NCBI RefSeq assembly: GCF_964355755.1
Contig: NC_092670.1
Span: 114,201 to 178,200 of the forward strand
Direction of reading: 5' to 3'
DNA length: 64,000 nt
Origin: Antedon mediterranea
Lineage: Eukaryota > Animalia > Echinodermata
Shown here: positions 52,630 to 64,000 of the stretch, piece by piece
How positions within the stretch are numbered: the first letter of the stretch is position 1
Layout: every line of letters begins with the position of its first letter
Translations under genes and position numbers: made by a program
The notes under the pieces: model-generated
What the model saw: only the letters and a program-made list of their open reading frames with translations
Database searches by the model: none
Told to the model about the DNA's origin: nothing

Positions 52630-53070
52630 AAATTCCCCTCCTTGCTAAATAGTAAAAGTTAGCCTGTAAATTCCCCTCCTTGCTAAATAGTAAAAGTTAG
52701 CCTGTAAATTCCCCTCCTCGCTAAATAGTAAAAGTTAGCCTGTAAATTCCCCTCCTCGCTAAATAGCAAAAGTTAGCCTGTAAATTCCCCTCCTTGCTAA
52801 ATAGTAAAAGTTAGCCTGTAAATTCCCCTCCTCGCTAAATAGTAAAAGTTAGCCTGTAAATTCCCCTCCTTGCTAAATAGTAAAAGTTAGCCTGTAAATT
52901 CCCCTCCTTGCTAAATAGAAAAAGTTAGCCTGTGTTTTCAAATAATGTATTTTAAATAAATTCCCCTCCTTGCTAAGTAGTAAAAGTTAGCCTGTGTTTT
53001 CAAATTATGTATTTTAAATAAATTCCCCTTCTTGCTAAATAGTAAAAGTTAGCCTGTGTTTTCAAATAAT
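52630..53070. repeat. 38-bp minisatellite (~10 copies)
   Basis: AAATTCCCCTCCTTGCTAAATAGTAAAAGTTAGCCTGT. Confidence 0.92.
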
Positions 53071-53162
53071 GTATTCTATAACATTGCACCTACAAGAAAA
53101 CATTTTTCAAAGAAACAATTGGGGGAAAATGTTATTTTATTAAACCTTGACTGATTTTTTAG

Positions 53163-53276
53163 AACTCAAAATGAAGGAGATCGTAGACAGATGTTAATAG
53201 ATGAATTGTCAACTAAAGGTAGACAACTAGAGGATACATTTAGTAACCAATCTCGATACACAGCAGCAACAGATAG
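53163..53276 (+). CDS. STX8: STX8 exon 4
   Basis: TQNEGDRRQMLIDELSTKGRQLEDTF, like human TQLEGDRRQNLLDDL. Confidence 0.92.
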
Positions 53277-53896
53277 GTAAAACATTTTGTATTTTTCTAA
53301 TTTTTAAATAATAAATGGAAAGACTAGGAAAATGTGTCTTGAATTTTAATTATTTTAAATTTCAAAAAGGCAAAGTGGAATAAACAATAATTGTAATTTA
53401 AATGTAAGAAATTCTGTTTACATTCTGTTTACATGACATTGTAAATAAATTCAGCAAGTGTAATACATTATTTTGAAAGATGTATTGAAAATGAAGATTA
53501 AATCAGATTTAAAATAGGCCATTTTGCAGTTTTATTAAACTTATTCACTTCTGTAAAAAAAAAACAATAATCAATTCACAAAGACAAACAGACCAACCAA
53601 CTGACAGACAATTTAAATATATGTTGCTTTAAATTACATTTTTTTTTTCAGGTAAAATTAGGAAAAATTTTTTTAGGGGACAATATATCTTAAGTGTAAT
53701 CTTTAGGGGTCAATATATCTTTTAAGTATAATCTTTAGGGGTCAATATACCTTTTTTAAGTATAATCTTTAGGGGTCAATATATCTTTTAAGTATAATCT
53801 TTAGGGGTCAATGAAAAAAACATTGTTAAATTTTATTTTTTAATCTATTTAATTTGAATGACAAATATAATACTGTAGTTTTGTTTTTGTGGATAG

Positions 53897-54018
53897 AACT
53901 GGGCTTATTAGTTCAAGTACGTCAGGTTTTGGACAAGATCTTTGGGAAGAAGAGTCTGAACAAACAAGAGGCTTAAGCGCCACTGAAATAAGATCCCAAC
54001 AACTACAAGCAATAGAAG
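53897..54018 (+). CDS. STX8: STX8 exon 5
   Basis: TGLISSSTSGFGQDLWEEESEQTRGLSATEIRSQQLQAIE. Confidence 0.9.
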
Positions 54019-54188
54019 GTAGGCTGGTTTAATGCACTATCTTCAAGATACTTGCTCCATCTTTTTTAATGTTTCAGTAATAAATTCCATTAAGCTCTCT
54101 TTCGGATACAACCTCTCTTCATCCTTTTCATGTTGCTCATGTGAACATTGGTTTTCTTTTGTGAAAATAAATGTCTTTATTTTGATAG

Positions 54189-54281
54189 AGCAAGACCGAG
54201 GTTTAGAGGCTTTATCAAGCGTAATTTCTAGACAGAAGCAGATGGGTCAGGATATTGGCAATGAATTAGATGAGCATAATG
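54189..54281 (+). CDS. STX8: STX8 exon 6 (Qc-SNARE domain, N-terminal half)
   Basis: EQDRGLEALSSVISRQKQMGQDIGNELDEHN, like human EQDAGLDALSSIISRQKQMGQEIGNELDEQN. Confidence 0.95.
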
Positions 54282-54398
54282 GTAGGTAAACATCTTTTTA
54301 TTGGTTTGTTGGGAGTGATATGGTTTATATAGGATTTTTAATAATGTACTAATCATTGTAAAATGTTTGTATTGTAAAGCCTCTATTTTAAATTGATG

Positions 54399-54715
54399 AA
54401 TTTGGTACTATTGTTACAATCAGGTAACCATCCATTGTATCTAATTTGTGGCTTTACTAGGTGGTTGCCACTAGGACAATTTGGTACTATTGTTACAATC
54501 AGGTAACCATCCATTGTATCTAATTTGTGGCTTTACTAGGTGGTTGCCACTAGGACAATTTGGTACTATTGTTACAATCAGGTAACCATCCATTGTATCT
54601 AATTTGTGGCTTTACTACGTGGTTGCCACTAGGACAATTTGGTACTATTGTTACAATCAGGTAACCATCCATTGTATCTAATTTGTGGCTTTACTAGGTG
54701 GTTGCCACTAGGACA
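54399..54715. repeat. 79-bp tandem repeat, 4 copies
   Basis: AATTTGGTACTATTGTTACAATCAGGTAACCATCC...GGTTGCCACTAGGAC. Confidence 0.93.
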
Positions 54716-54762
54716 CAGTGCACAGAGATATCTCCAAAATTGTCACATGTTTTTGCTCAAAA

Positions 54763-55113
54763 TACGGCCATACTGCGTTGAAACACCGGTTCTCGTCAGA
54801 TCACCGAAGTTAAGCAACGTTGGGCCCGGTTGCGTTCTGGATGGGAGACCGTCTAGAAATCGTGGCGGGTGCTGTATATACTGGAGAGTGATGGTGTAAT
54901 GGTAATATCGGACTAGCATGTGATAGGCATGGGTTCGAGGTTATCTGTACCATACTAATTGCATCCTTAGGCAAGATGCTTTACTCTCATTGCCTAATCT
55001 GGTAGGCGCTGCACTGCTGGCTGCCGTGGGTCCGTGGAGGGCCTAATCCGAATTTCCTCACTGAGGACAAATATTAATACAAAATACAAAAAAAAAAAAA
55101 TACAAATACAAAA
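54763..55113 (+). mobile_element. Chimeric SINE: 5S rRNA-derived head (54763-54876), tRNA-like segment, CORE-like block and A-rich tail
   Basis: TACGGCCATAC...GATCACCGAAGTTAAGC...TGGATGGGAGACC...GGTGCTGTA (diverged 5S); TGGTGTAATGG...GGTTCGAG; CCTTAGGCAAGATGCTTTA; (AATACA)n tail. Confidence 0.75.
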
Positions 55114-55443
55114 TTACTTTAATTGCTTTGGTGTCTAACAGTAAAAAATGTATATAGTGCCCTCTATAGTTCTGTATTCTTTTTCGTTGGTAATATACGG
55201 TACTCTAATAAGTTTAATCATTGGCATGTTTACAACAAACTTCAGTTACTGTAAAAAACAGCAAAATCTCTAGTTTTACCACCAGTTTTCATTAAATTCA
55301 ATACTAAATTTGAAATAAATGTGATTATGATTTTAAAACAGCTGTTTGAATTGTTATATCCTATTAAAATAAAAAATTACAACCAAACTCTTTTAAAAAG
55401 CAAGCAAGAGCTTCTGACATGTTGGTGAAACCTTTGTTCATTA

Positions 55444-58400
55444 TTCCACATATCTGTTTCTAACCAGGGAGCATTACATCAAAGGATTTCATCTAATCTA
55501 AGATTGCTTGATTTCCACATATCTGTTTCTAACCAGGGAGCATTACATCAAAGGATTTCATCTAATCTAAGATTGCTTGATTTCCACATATCTGTTTCTA
55601 ACCAGGGAGCATTACATCAAAGGATTTCATCTAATCTAAGATTGCTTGATTTCCACATATCTGTTTCTAACCAGGGAGCATTACATCAAAGGATTTCATC
55701 TAATCTAAGATTGCTTGATTTCCACATATCTGTTTCTAACCAGCGAGCATTACATCAAAGGATTTCATCTAATCTAAGATTGCTTGATTTCCACATATCT
55801 GTTTCTAACCAGCGAGCATTACATCAAAGGATTTCATCTAATCTAAGATTGCTTGATTTCCACATATCTGTTTCTAACCAGCGAGCATTACATCAAAGGA
55901 TTTCATCTAATCTAAGATTGCTTGATTTCCACATATCTGTTTCTAACCAGGGAGCATTACATCAAAGGATTTCATCTAATCTAAGATTGCTTGATTTCCA
56001 CATATCTGTTTCTAACCAGCGAGCATTACATCAAAGGATTTCATCTAATCTAAGATTGCTTGATTTCCACATATCTGTTTCTAACCAGGGAGCATTACAT
56101 CAAAGGATTTCATCTAATCTAAGATTGCTTGATTTCCACATATCTGTTTCTAACCAGGGAGCATTACATCAAAGGATTTCATCTAATCTAAGATTGCTTG
56201 ATTTCCACATATCTATTTCTAACCAGGGAGCATTACATCAAAGGATTTCATCTAATCTAAGATTGCTTGATTTCCACATATCTGTTTCTAACCAGCGAGC
56301 ATTACATCAAAGGATTTCATCTAATCTAAGATTGCTTGATTTCCACATATCTGTTTCTAACCAGGGAGCATTACATCAAAGGATTTCATCTAATCTAAGA
56401 TTGCTTGATTTCCACATATCTGTTTCTAACCAGGGAGCATTACATCAAAGGATTTCATCTAATCTAAGATTGCTTGATTTCCACATATCTGTTTCTAACC
56501 AGCGAGCATTACATCAAAGGATTTCATCTAATCTAAGATTGCTTGATTTCCACATATCTGTTTCTAACCAGGGAGCATTACATCAAAGGATTTCATCTAA
56601 TCTAAGATTGCTTGATTTCCACATATCTGTTTCTAACCAGGGAGCATTACATCAAAGGATTTCATCTAATCTAAGATTGCTTGATTTCCACATATCTGTT
56701 TCTAACCAGCGAGCATTACATCAAAGGATTTCATCTAATCTAAGATTGCTTGATTTCCACATATCTGTTTCTAACCAGGGAGCATTACATCAAAGGATTT
56801 CATCTAATCTAAGATTGCTTGATTTCCACATATCTATTTCTAACCAGGGAGCATTACATCAAAGGACTTCATCTAATCTAAGATTGCTTGATTTCCACAT
56901 ATCTGTTTCTAACCAGGGAGCATTACATCAAAGGATTTCATCTAATCTAAGATTGCTTGATTTCCACATATCTGTTTCTAACCAGGGAGCATTACATCAA
57001 AGGATTTCATCTAATCTAAGATTGCTTGATTTCCACATATCTGTTTCTAACCAGGGAGCATTACATCAAAGGATTTCATCTAATCTAAGATTGCTTGATT
57101 TCCACATATCTGTTTCTAACCAGGGAGCATTACATCAAAGGATTTCATCTAATCTAAGATTGCTTGATTTCCACATATCTATTTCTAACCAGGGAGCATT
57201 ACATCAAAGGATTTCATCTAATCTAAGATTGCTTGATTTCCACATATCTGTTTCTAACCAGGGAGCATTACATCAAAGGATTTCATCTAATCTAAGATTG
57301 CTTGATTTCCACATACCGTATATTTCGGTGTATAAGTCGCACTTTTGACACGCAAATTTGACCTCTAAATTAAGGGTGCGTCTTATACACCGAACATAAA
57401 TGCCTCACCACACAGATTGTACATAGGCCTAGGCTATCGTCACCTCGTTTGCTAGGCCTGAGTAGGCTAGGCCTAGCTACAGTAACTAACGTAACGGCAA
57501 CCTGCTTCTGCCTAGTTTTCAAGGCATTTTAGCATGATGTTATACTAAATATGATGAAAAGATTTGTTCATTATAGCGATAAAATTTCATTTTTAAATGT
57601 TTAAGTACGATTGGAATAGTATTTATTTATACAGTAGTTATACGCACGATCGCCGTACCCCCAGCGCAAGCCCTTCTTGGCGGCCACATGGTGTACGGTA
57701 TTCGACTAGTATATTCTCCAGGTGATTATAGCATGGACCTAGCGTACACACTTCTCGGATACATAGATACTAATCGAATACGATTGTCCGTGAAAACGTG
57801 CGCCCTCTTGAAATGATCGAGCGAGGCTAGCCCACACGTACGTGTTACACACACGGTCATGCACTCGATGTTGCGGCTGTTGAGGCTGGGCGCGGCCGAG
57901 CCTAGGTAAGAAAAAACCTAAATAAAGGACGCCGTTGCAGATATAACAAAATATATTATTACAATAATATTGATTACAATTTAAAAAAACATTGTTTTGA
58001 TGAAATATAAGGTGCGTCTTATACACCGACGATATAAAAAATACCGATATTTTACTCTCAGTTAGGGGGTGCGTCTTATACACAGGTGCGACTTATATAC
58101 CGAAATATACGGTATCTGTTTCTAACCAGCGAGCATTACATCAAAGGATTTCATCTAATCTAAGATTGCTTGATTTCCACATATCTGTTTCTAACCAGGG
58201 AGCATTACATCAAAGGATTTCATCTAATCTAAGATTGCTTGATTTCCACATATCTGTTTCTAACCAGGGAGCATTACATCAAAGGATTTCATCTAATCTA
58301 AGATTGCTTGATTTCCACATATCTATTTCTAACCAGCGAGCATTACATCAAAGGATTTCATCTAATCTAAGATTGCTTGATTTCCACATATCTGTTTCTA

Positions 58401-59208
58401 ACCAGGGAGCATTACATCAAAGGATTTCATCTAATCTAAGATTGCTTGATTTCCACATATCTGTTTCTAACCAGGGAGCATTACATCAAAGGATTTCATC
58501 TAATCTAAGATTGCTTGATTTCCACATATCTGTTTCTAACCAGGGAGCATTACATCAAAGGATTTCATCTAATCTAAGATTGCTTGATTTCCACATATCT
58601 GTTTCTAACCAGGGAGCATTACATCAAAGGATTTCATCTAATCTAAGATTGCTTGATTTCCACATATCTGTTTCTAACCAGCGAGCATTACATCAAAGGA
58701 TTTCATCTAATCTAAGATTGCTTGATTTCCACATATCTGTTTCTAACCAGCGAGCATTACATCAAAGGATTTCATCTAATCTAAGATTGCTTGATTTCCA
58801 CATATCTGTTTCTAACCAGGGAGCATTACATCAAAGGATTTCATCTAATCTAAGATTGCTTTATTTCCACATATCTGTTTCTAACCAGGGAGCATTACAT
58901 CAAAGGATTTCATCTAATCTAAGATTGCTTGATTTCCACATATCTGTTTCTAACCAGGGAGCATTACATCAAAGGATTTCATCTAATCTAAGATTGCTTG
59001 ATTTCCACATATCTGTTTCTAACCAGCGAGCATTACATCAAAGGATTTCATCTAATCTAAGATTGCTTGATTTCCACATATCTGTTTCTAACCAGGGAGC
59101 ATTACATCAAAGGATTTCATCTAATCTAAGATTGCTTGATTTCCACATATCTGTTTCTAACCAGGGAGCATTACATCAAAGGATTTCATCTAATCTAAGA
59201 TTGCTTGA
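55444..59208. repeat. 69-bp tandem array (~43 copies) interrupted by a MITE
   Basis: TTCCACATATCTGTTTCTAACCAG(G/C)GAGCATTACATCAAAGGATTTCATCTAATCTAAGATTGCTTGAT. Confidence 0.95.
57316..58112. mobile_element. Tc1/mariner (Tc2-like) MITE, 797 bp
   Basis: TA|CCGTATATTTCGGTGTATAAGTCGCAC ... GTGCGACTTATATACCGAAATATACGG|TA; the TA duplication is confirmed against the empty repeat unit; internal GGTGCGTCTTATACAC repeats. Confidence 0.92.
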
Positions 59209-60887
59209 TCCATGGTAATCTTTAATACTTAATCCATTCAAGTCAATTGGGATAGGTGTAGAGTTAGGGTTGAATTTACCAATCACATTTGTTACAGGTT
59301 ATAGCCAATGAAATCCAGTTGTTTTAGTAATGCAAATTTCAGTGAGATTTTATCCCCAGAATTTTAAAGAATGAATATTAAAAACTCAAATTATTTTAGG
59401 ACACAGGAGAAAGAACAACAATGTAAACTGAAAAGTTAAAAATAACAAATAGTTATATTTGTTTGCAATATATTGAATATTACATAGTTTGAGGTGTTTT
59501 TGTATGTAATTTATATTATTGAACATTTTTGCTTTAACTCTGTTTGATTCATCTTAGTACTTAAGCTAATCTTTGCTTTAAGCATTGGTAATCTCTCTTC
59601 TATCCCTTTTAATCTTCACAATTCTTGCCTAAGCCATTTCTCACAGGTATGTGTGAACCTGCATTGCTTTATAAGTTCAATTATTTATGATTTCTTTAAT
59701 GATATAATTAATTTATTATTAGTCAATAGGTCAAGTAGTAACCAAATGCTAACCTACTGCAGGTTATACTAAAAAGCACAATTACATTTTTTCATCAAAC
59801 ATACAGATTAAATATGTACCCACTTTGTCTAGCATTAGCAACATATATAATTTGATTGAATAGTCACCACTCCAAAAACTGCAACTAGAATATCGCTAAA
59901 ATATCCTAAATTGCTACTAAACTATACTAACAAGACAAAACAAGTTTTCCTACAGACATTTTTTTGCGACGGTTCATGGAAGTCAAGGGAATGTGTATTA
60001 GGTTTTATTGATCTGCTTCTTAATAATGATCTGCTTCTTGATAAATATTTTATAAATATGTTATGAGTTGTCCCTTTTTGTAAAAAATGTATTGATTGAC
60101 ATTTAGCAATTAATATTCAAGTTGTGTTTTGTGGCTGTAGATCTGCTTCAGTCATTTACCCGTAATGACAACTGACTTTTAAATTACCAGCATTCACATA
60201 AATCAAAAATGTAGATTATCCTAAATTTTCTCTATGAACATGTTTTATTTACAAATGAATTTGATAAAATGATAATGCATACTAATACACTAATAAATAA
60301 AGTATAGTCCCTGCTTTTATTGAGAAATTATCGGTGTGTTCTATACTATTTGAAAGTTAGTCATAAGTTATTCATTTGCCTAAAGCATGTCATTATACCT
60401 GTCAATAGTTCACAACTCAAGCTTAATTAGAAATGGTACAACAATGTAAGGAGAAGTTTAATCTGTGATAATTTGTACAGGCTGTGGTAAATGCCTAGAG
60501 CTGCTGCCTACATTTAGTCTTAGACTTCCATGTCTAAATTATTGTAAATTTAGCTTGTGATGTGTGTAAGAAAGTTTCCTGTTGTTAAACTGTCAGTGTC
60601 ATTTAACCTCTTTTTTTCAGTTAGTTTTTGAGTGATTGTGTTTTGCAGTTATGGGAAAGCCAAAATTTTAAAAGATCTTCAACCTAGCATTCAAAAAAGG
60701 TTACAAACTGTTGCAAGCATGAGATAAACAGATTGTAAAGTTCAAAATGAATGTATCTACAGCAGTGTGAGATTAGAGGTTACAAATAGTTATAAGCATT
60801 AGATATTTAAACAGATTGTAAAATGAGTGTATCTACAGCAGTGTGAGATTCTCTTGAAAAGTAAAGTTGTACTGCGCCTCCTCAGGT

Positions 60888-61778
60888 TCCTTTGCAGTAT
60901 TGACCTGACCATGGGTATGATCCTTTGCAGTATTGACCTGACCATGGGTATGATCCTTTGCAGTATTGACCTGACCATGGGTATGATCCTTTGCAGTATT
61001 GACCTGACCATGGGTATGATCCTTTGCAGTATTGACCTGACCATGGGTATGATCCTTTGCAGTATTGACCTGACCGTGGGTATGATCCTTTGCAGTATTG
61101 ACCTGACCATGGGTATGATCCTTTGCAGTATTGACCTGACCATGGGTATGATCCTTTGCAGTATTGACCTGACCGTGGGTATGATCCTTTGCAGTATTGA
61201 CCTGACCGTGGGTATGATCCTTTGCAGTATTGACCTGACCGTGGGTATGATCCTTTGCAGTATTGAACTGACTATGGGTATGATCCTTTGCAGTATTGAC
61301 CTGACCATGGGTATGATCCTTTGCAGTATTGACCTGACCATGGGTATGATCCTTTGCAGTATTGACCTGACCATGGGTATGATCCTTTGCAGTATTGACC
61401 TGACCATGGGTATGATCCTTTGCAGTATTGACCTGACCATGGGTATGATCCTTTGCAGTATTGACCTGACCATGGGTATGATCCTTTGCAGTATTGACCT
61501 GACCATGGGTATGATCCTTTGCAGTATTGACCTGACCGTGGGTATGATCCTTTGCAGTATTGACCTGACCGTGGGTATGATCCTTTGCAGTATTGACCTG
61601 ACCGTGGGTATGATCCTTTGCAGTATTGACCTGACCATGGGTATGATCCTTTGCAGTATTGACCTGACCATGGGTATGATCCTTTGCAGTATTGACCTGA
61701 CCGTGGGTATGATCCTTTGCAGTATTGACCTGACCATGGGTATGATCCTTTGCAGTATTGACCTGACCATGGGTATGA
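60888..61778. repeat. 33-bp minisatellite (~27 copies)
   Basis: TCCTTTGCAGTATTGACCTGACC(A/G)TGGGTATGA. Confidence 0.95.
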
Positions 61779-61822
61779 CTGATGAGGTATGCTCCTAATA
61801 GCACCACCTTTTATGTCAGTAG

Positions 61823-62270
61823 TTCCATACACATGAGGAGTTAAGATAAAACAGAAAGCATTCCATACACATGAGGAGTTATGATAAAACAGAAAGCGTT
61901 CCATACACATGAGGAGTTATGATAAAACAGAAAGCGTTCCATACACATGAGGAGTTATGATAAAACAGAAAGCATTCCATACACATGAGGAGTTATGATA
62001 AAACAGAAAGCATTCCATACACATGAGGAGTTATGATAAAACAGAAAGCGTTCCATACACATGAGGAGTTATGATAAAACAGAAAGCGTTCCATACACAT
62101 GAGGAGTTATGATAAAACAGAAAGCATTTATAACATTAATATAGATCTTTGATTCATTCCTTCACCTGCAATGTCAGTAGTTCCATACACATGAGGAGTT
62201 ATGATAAAACTGAAAGCATTTATAACATTTATATAGATCTTTGATTCATTCCTCCACCTGCAATGTCAGA
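61823..62270. repeat. 38-bp minisatellite (~8 copies) followed by a ~92-bp duplication
   Basis: TTCCATACACATGAGGAGTTATGATAAAACAGAAAGC(A/G). Confidence 0.92.
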
Positions 62271-62454
62271 GTCTTTTAATTTATTGATCATTTAAAAATG
62301 AAAGTTTTCAAAGAAGTGTTTGAATATAAATTATTGATTAAGATTATTATATTGATATAAATAATTTAAAGTAGGTTCTTAATGCATTGGTTTACAATAA
62401 GGCAATCCGTATGGTGTACGAGTGCTGTTCCACCATACTGTACTACATTTGTAA

Positions 62455-62705
62455 GGACGTGTGGCGCAGTGTGTTCGAATCCAACTCTCGCCGCAATTGC
62501 TTGTATTCTTAGGCAAGGCACTTTACTTACATTTGCCTCTCTCCACCCAGGTGTATTAAATGGGTACCGGGTTAGATCAAGACACAACTTTGCGCTGATT
62601 ACTAGCTGCATTATGGGAGTATGTTTCCATGTGTTTATGGGGTAATAATATGTACAGCGCTTAGAAGTTTCACAACATTAGGCGCTTTATAAATCCAGGA
62701 TTACA
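62455..62705 (+). mobile_element. tRNA-derived CORE-like SINE
   Basis: TGGCGCAGTG..GTTCGAATCC head; CTTAGGCAAGGCACTTTAC...CCACCCAGGTGTATTAAATGGGTAC core; TGTACAGCGCTT...GGCGCTTTATAAAT L2-like tail. Confidence 0.75.
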
Positions 62706-64000
62706 TCAAGAACATTGTAAGCCTTAGACAAGTTCATCTTTTCATTCTAAATAGTGTTTCACATTTAAATATATACTGTAACAGTTTACTGTAACTGTAT
62801 ATTTCCATTGTAACTATTCAGAGATAATTCCAACAAAGATGATACAATGGAAAGCTGTGTTTTACTGTGAAAAATGTATTGAATTGATTGCAGGTCAGAG
62901 TATACCTCACAAGTCAAAAGATTCAATTTGTATTATTATAGCTGTATTCCTGGTGTTCTTAATGTAATTACTGGAAATTGAGCCAAAAAAAGTCATTTTT
63001 CCTTGCCTGTAGCAAGCAACAGTTTGAGGCACCCCTGCGTTCTAACACCATTTGTAGCATCTGTAATTGGTTCCTAATTGTTACATACTTGTACAATTTG
63101 TGAAACTGTATTTTGACACAAAATGCAGGTGTGGTCTAGGAATTTATAGTCTTCCTTTAGGCTGTAGGTCCATAACCCCAGGATAGGAAGTGCCATTTGT
63201 AATGAAACACAAACACTAAATATTTTTCTTTCTATCCTACAAAAGAAGTATATAAAAAGTATTAACACTAAAGAGTGTATTTTCCTTGTTTAACTTATTT
63301 TATAGAAATGAAATGTATTTCACTACAGTTGAATCTCTCATACATGGGTACGTCCAGGAAAAGTGGCCACTTACAGGAGGCATATAGCATATAACCAGTG
63401 GCGTATCCAGGATGTTGAAGTCGGGGGGGTGGGGGCCGGGAATTGCCAATTTGCCGACAAAATCAGTGTCATTACCTGTACTGTACATGCCTAGGCCTAC
63501 ACATCAATATATGTTATAGGATTGCATAGTCATGTTGTCTTATAGAGATAACGATGCAAAATTAAGACCAAATTAAACATTATCTGTTAGTATGTTGTAT
63601 TAATATTACAATAAAGGAAGAATTACGAAAATCTGAAATATAGGGTCTAAAACATCGCCGAAAATGATCGTTTTTAGCCACGAAAGAAGTAAAACAATTT
63701 GCTGCCTCTGTCGACAATTCTATTAACTACGCCATTTTTGGTTAAAATAATGACATATAATTAGTAATTTATTTTATATATCACCATTGGAAATATCAAT
63801 AAAACATGTTATTAAATGCTTATGAAATATATAAAGTTGTTTAATTAACGGAATTCGGACAAATTCATTGCTCTAACTTTGTGTAGTACCGATCAGAGAG
63901 CCATGTGACTTTATTTTAAATGCGCAAGAGAAAACATTCCGCTGCCGGTGATTCACATTCACCAATCAAATCAGCCAGAATCCAAAATCATTCAACCGTG

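Larger units (their letters stand above)
52147..53162 (+). other. U12-type (minor spliceosome) GT-AG intron
   Basis: 5' site GTATCTTT; branch motif CCTTGAC at 53145-53151, ~10 nt before the AG. Confidence 0.8.

Noticed and set aside
54763-54876. Functional 5S rRNA gene
   Set aside because: Diverged internal control region and ends, no T-run terminator, and it continues into SINE-like sequence.
55504-59218. 614-aa and 350-aa ORFs
   Set aside because: They arise from a stop-free frame of a 69-bp (3n) tandem unit, start at TTG, and lie in an intron split by a MITE.
60799-61910. Four overlapping ORFs of 212-324 aa
   Set aside because: By-products of a 33-bp (3n) minisatellite that is open in several frames, with no unique domain.
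62822-62893. Candidate STX8 exon 7 (cag|AG ATA ATT..., EIIPTKM...)
   Set aside because: It starts like the expected EIIDDL but the rest has no SNARE heptad similarity; the real exon probably lies beyond the window.
63396-63460. Possible hAT-like left end (CAGTGGCGTATCCAGG...G-runs)
   Set aside because: No matching right TIR or TSD is visible inside the window.

Overview
AT-rich, intron-containing animal genomic DNA (probably a marine invertebrate; this is inference). I reconstructed five spliced genes by hand, with consistent reading-frame phases: (1) the 3' end of SUZ12 (+, VEFS-box); (2) a 9-exon secreted mucin/peritrophin-like gene with seven CBM14-like domains and two 24-aa repeat arrays (-); (3) a 2-exon KynB/isatin-hydrolase-type cyclase with a signal peptide and a GPI-like tail (+); (4) a complete 9-exon UCP4/SLC25A27 (-); and (5) exons 1-6 of syntaxin-8 (+), which has a U12-type intron. 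The rest is intronic minisatellites, non-autonomous DNA transposons (hAT-, Kolobok-, Tc2-, Harbinger- and ISL2EU-like, plus foldbacks), LINE relics, SINEs (one a 5S+tRNA+CORE chimera) and a tRNA-Val pseudogene. The most striking signal is that three intronic tandem arrays, in three unrelated genes, are amplified copies of the host gene's own exon-intron junction: the SUZ12 donor (~52 copies), the UCP4 acceptor (~95 copies, many with the AG destroyed) and a mucin donor (~4 copies). These introns therefore hold long fields of decoy splice sites.
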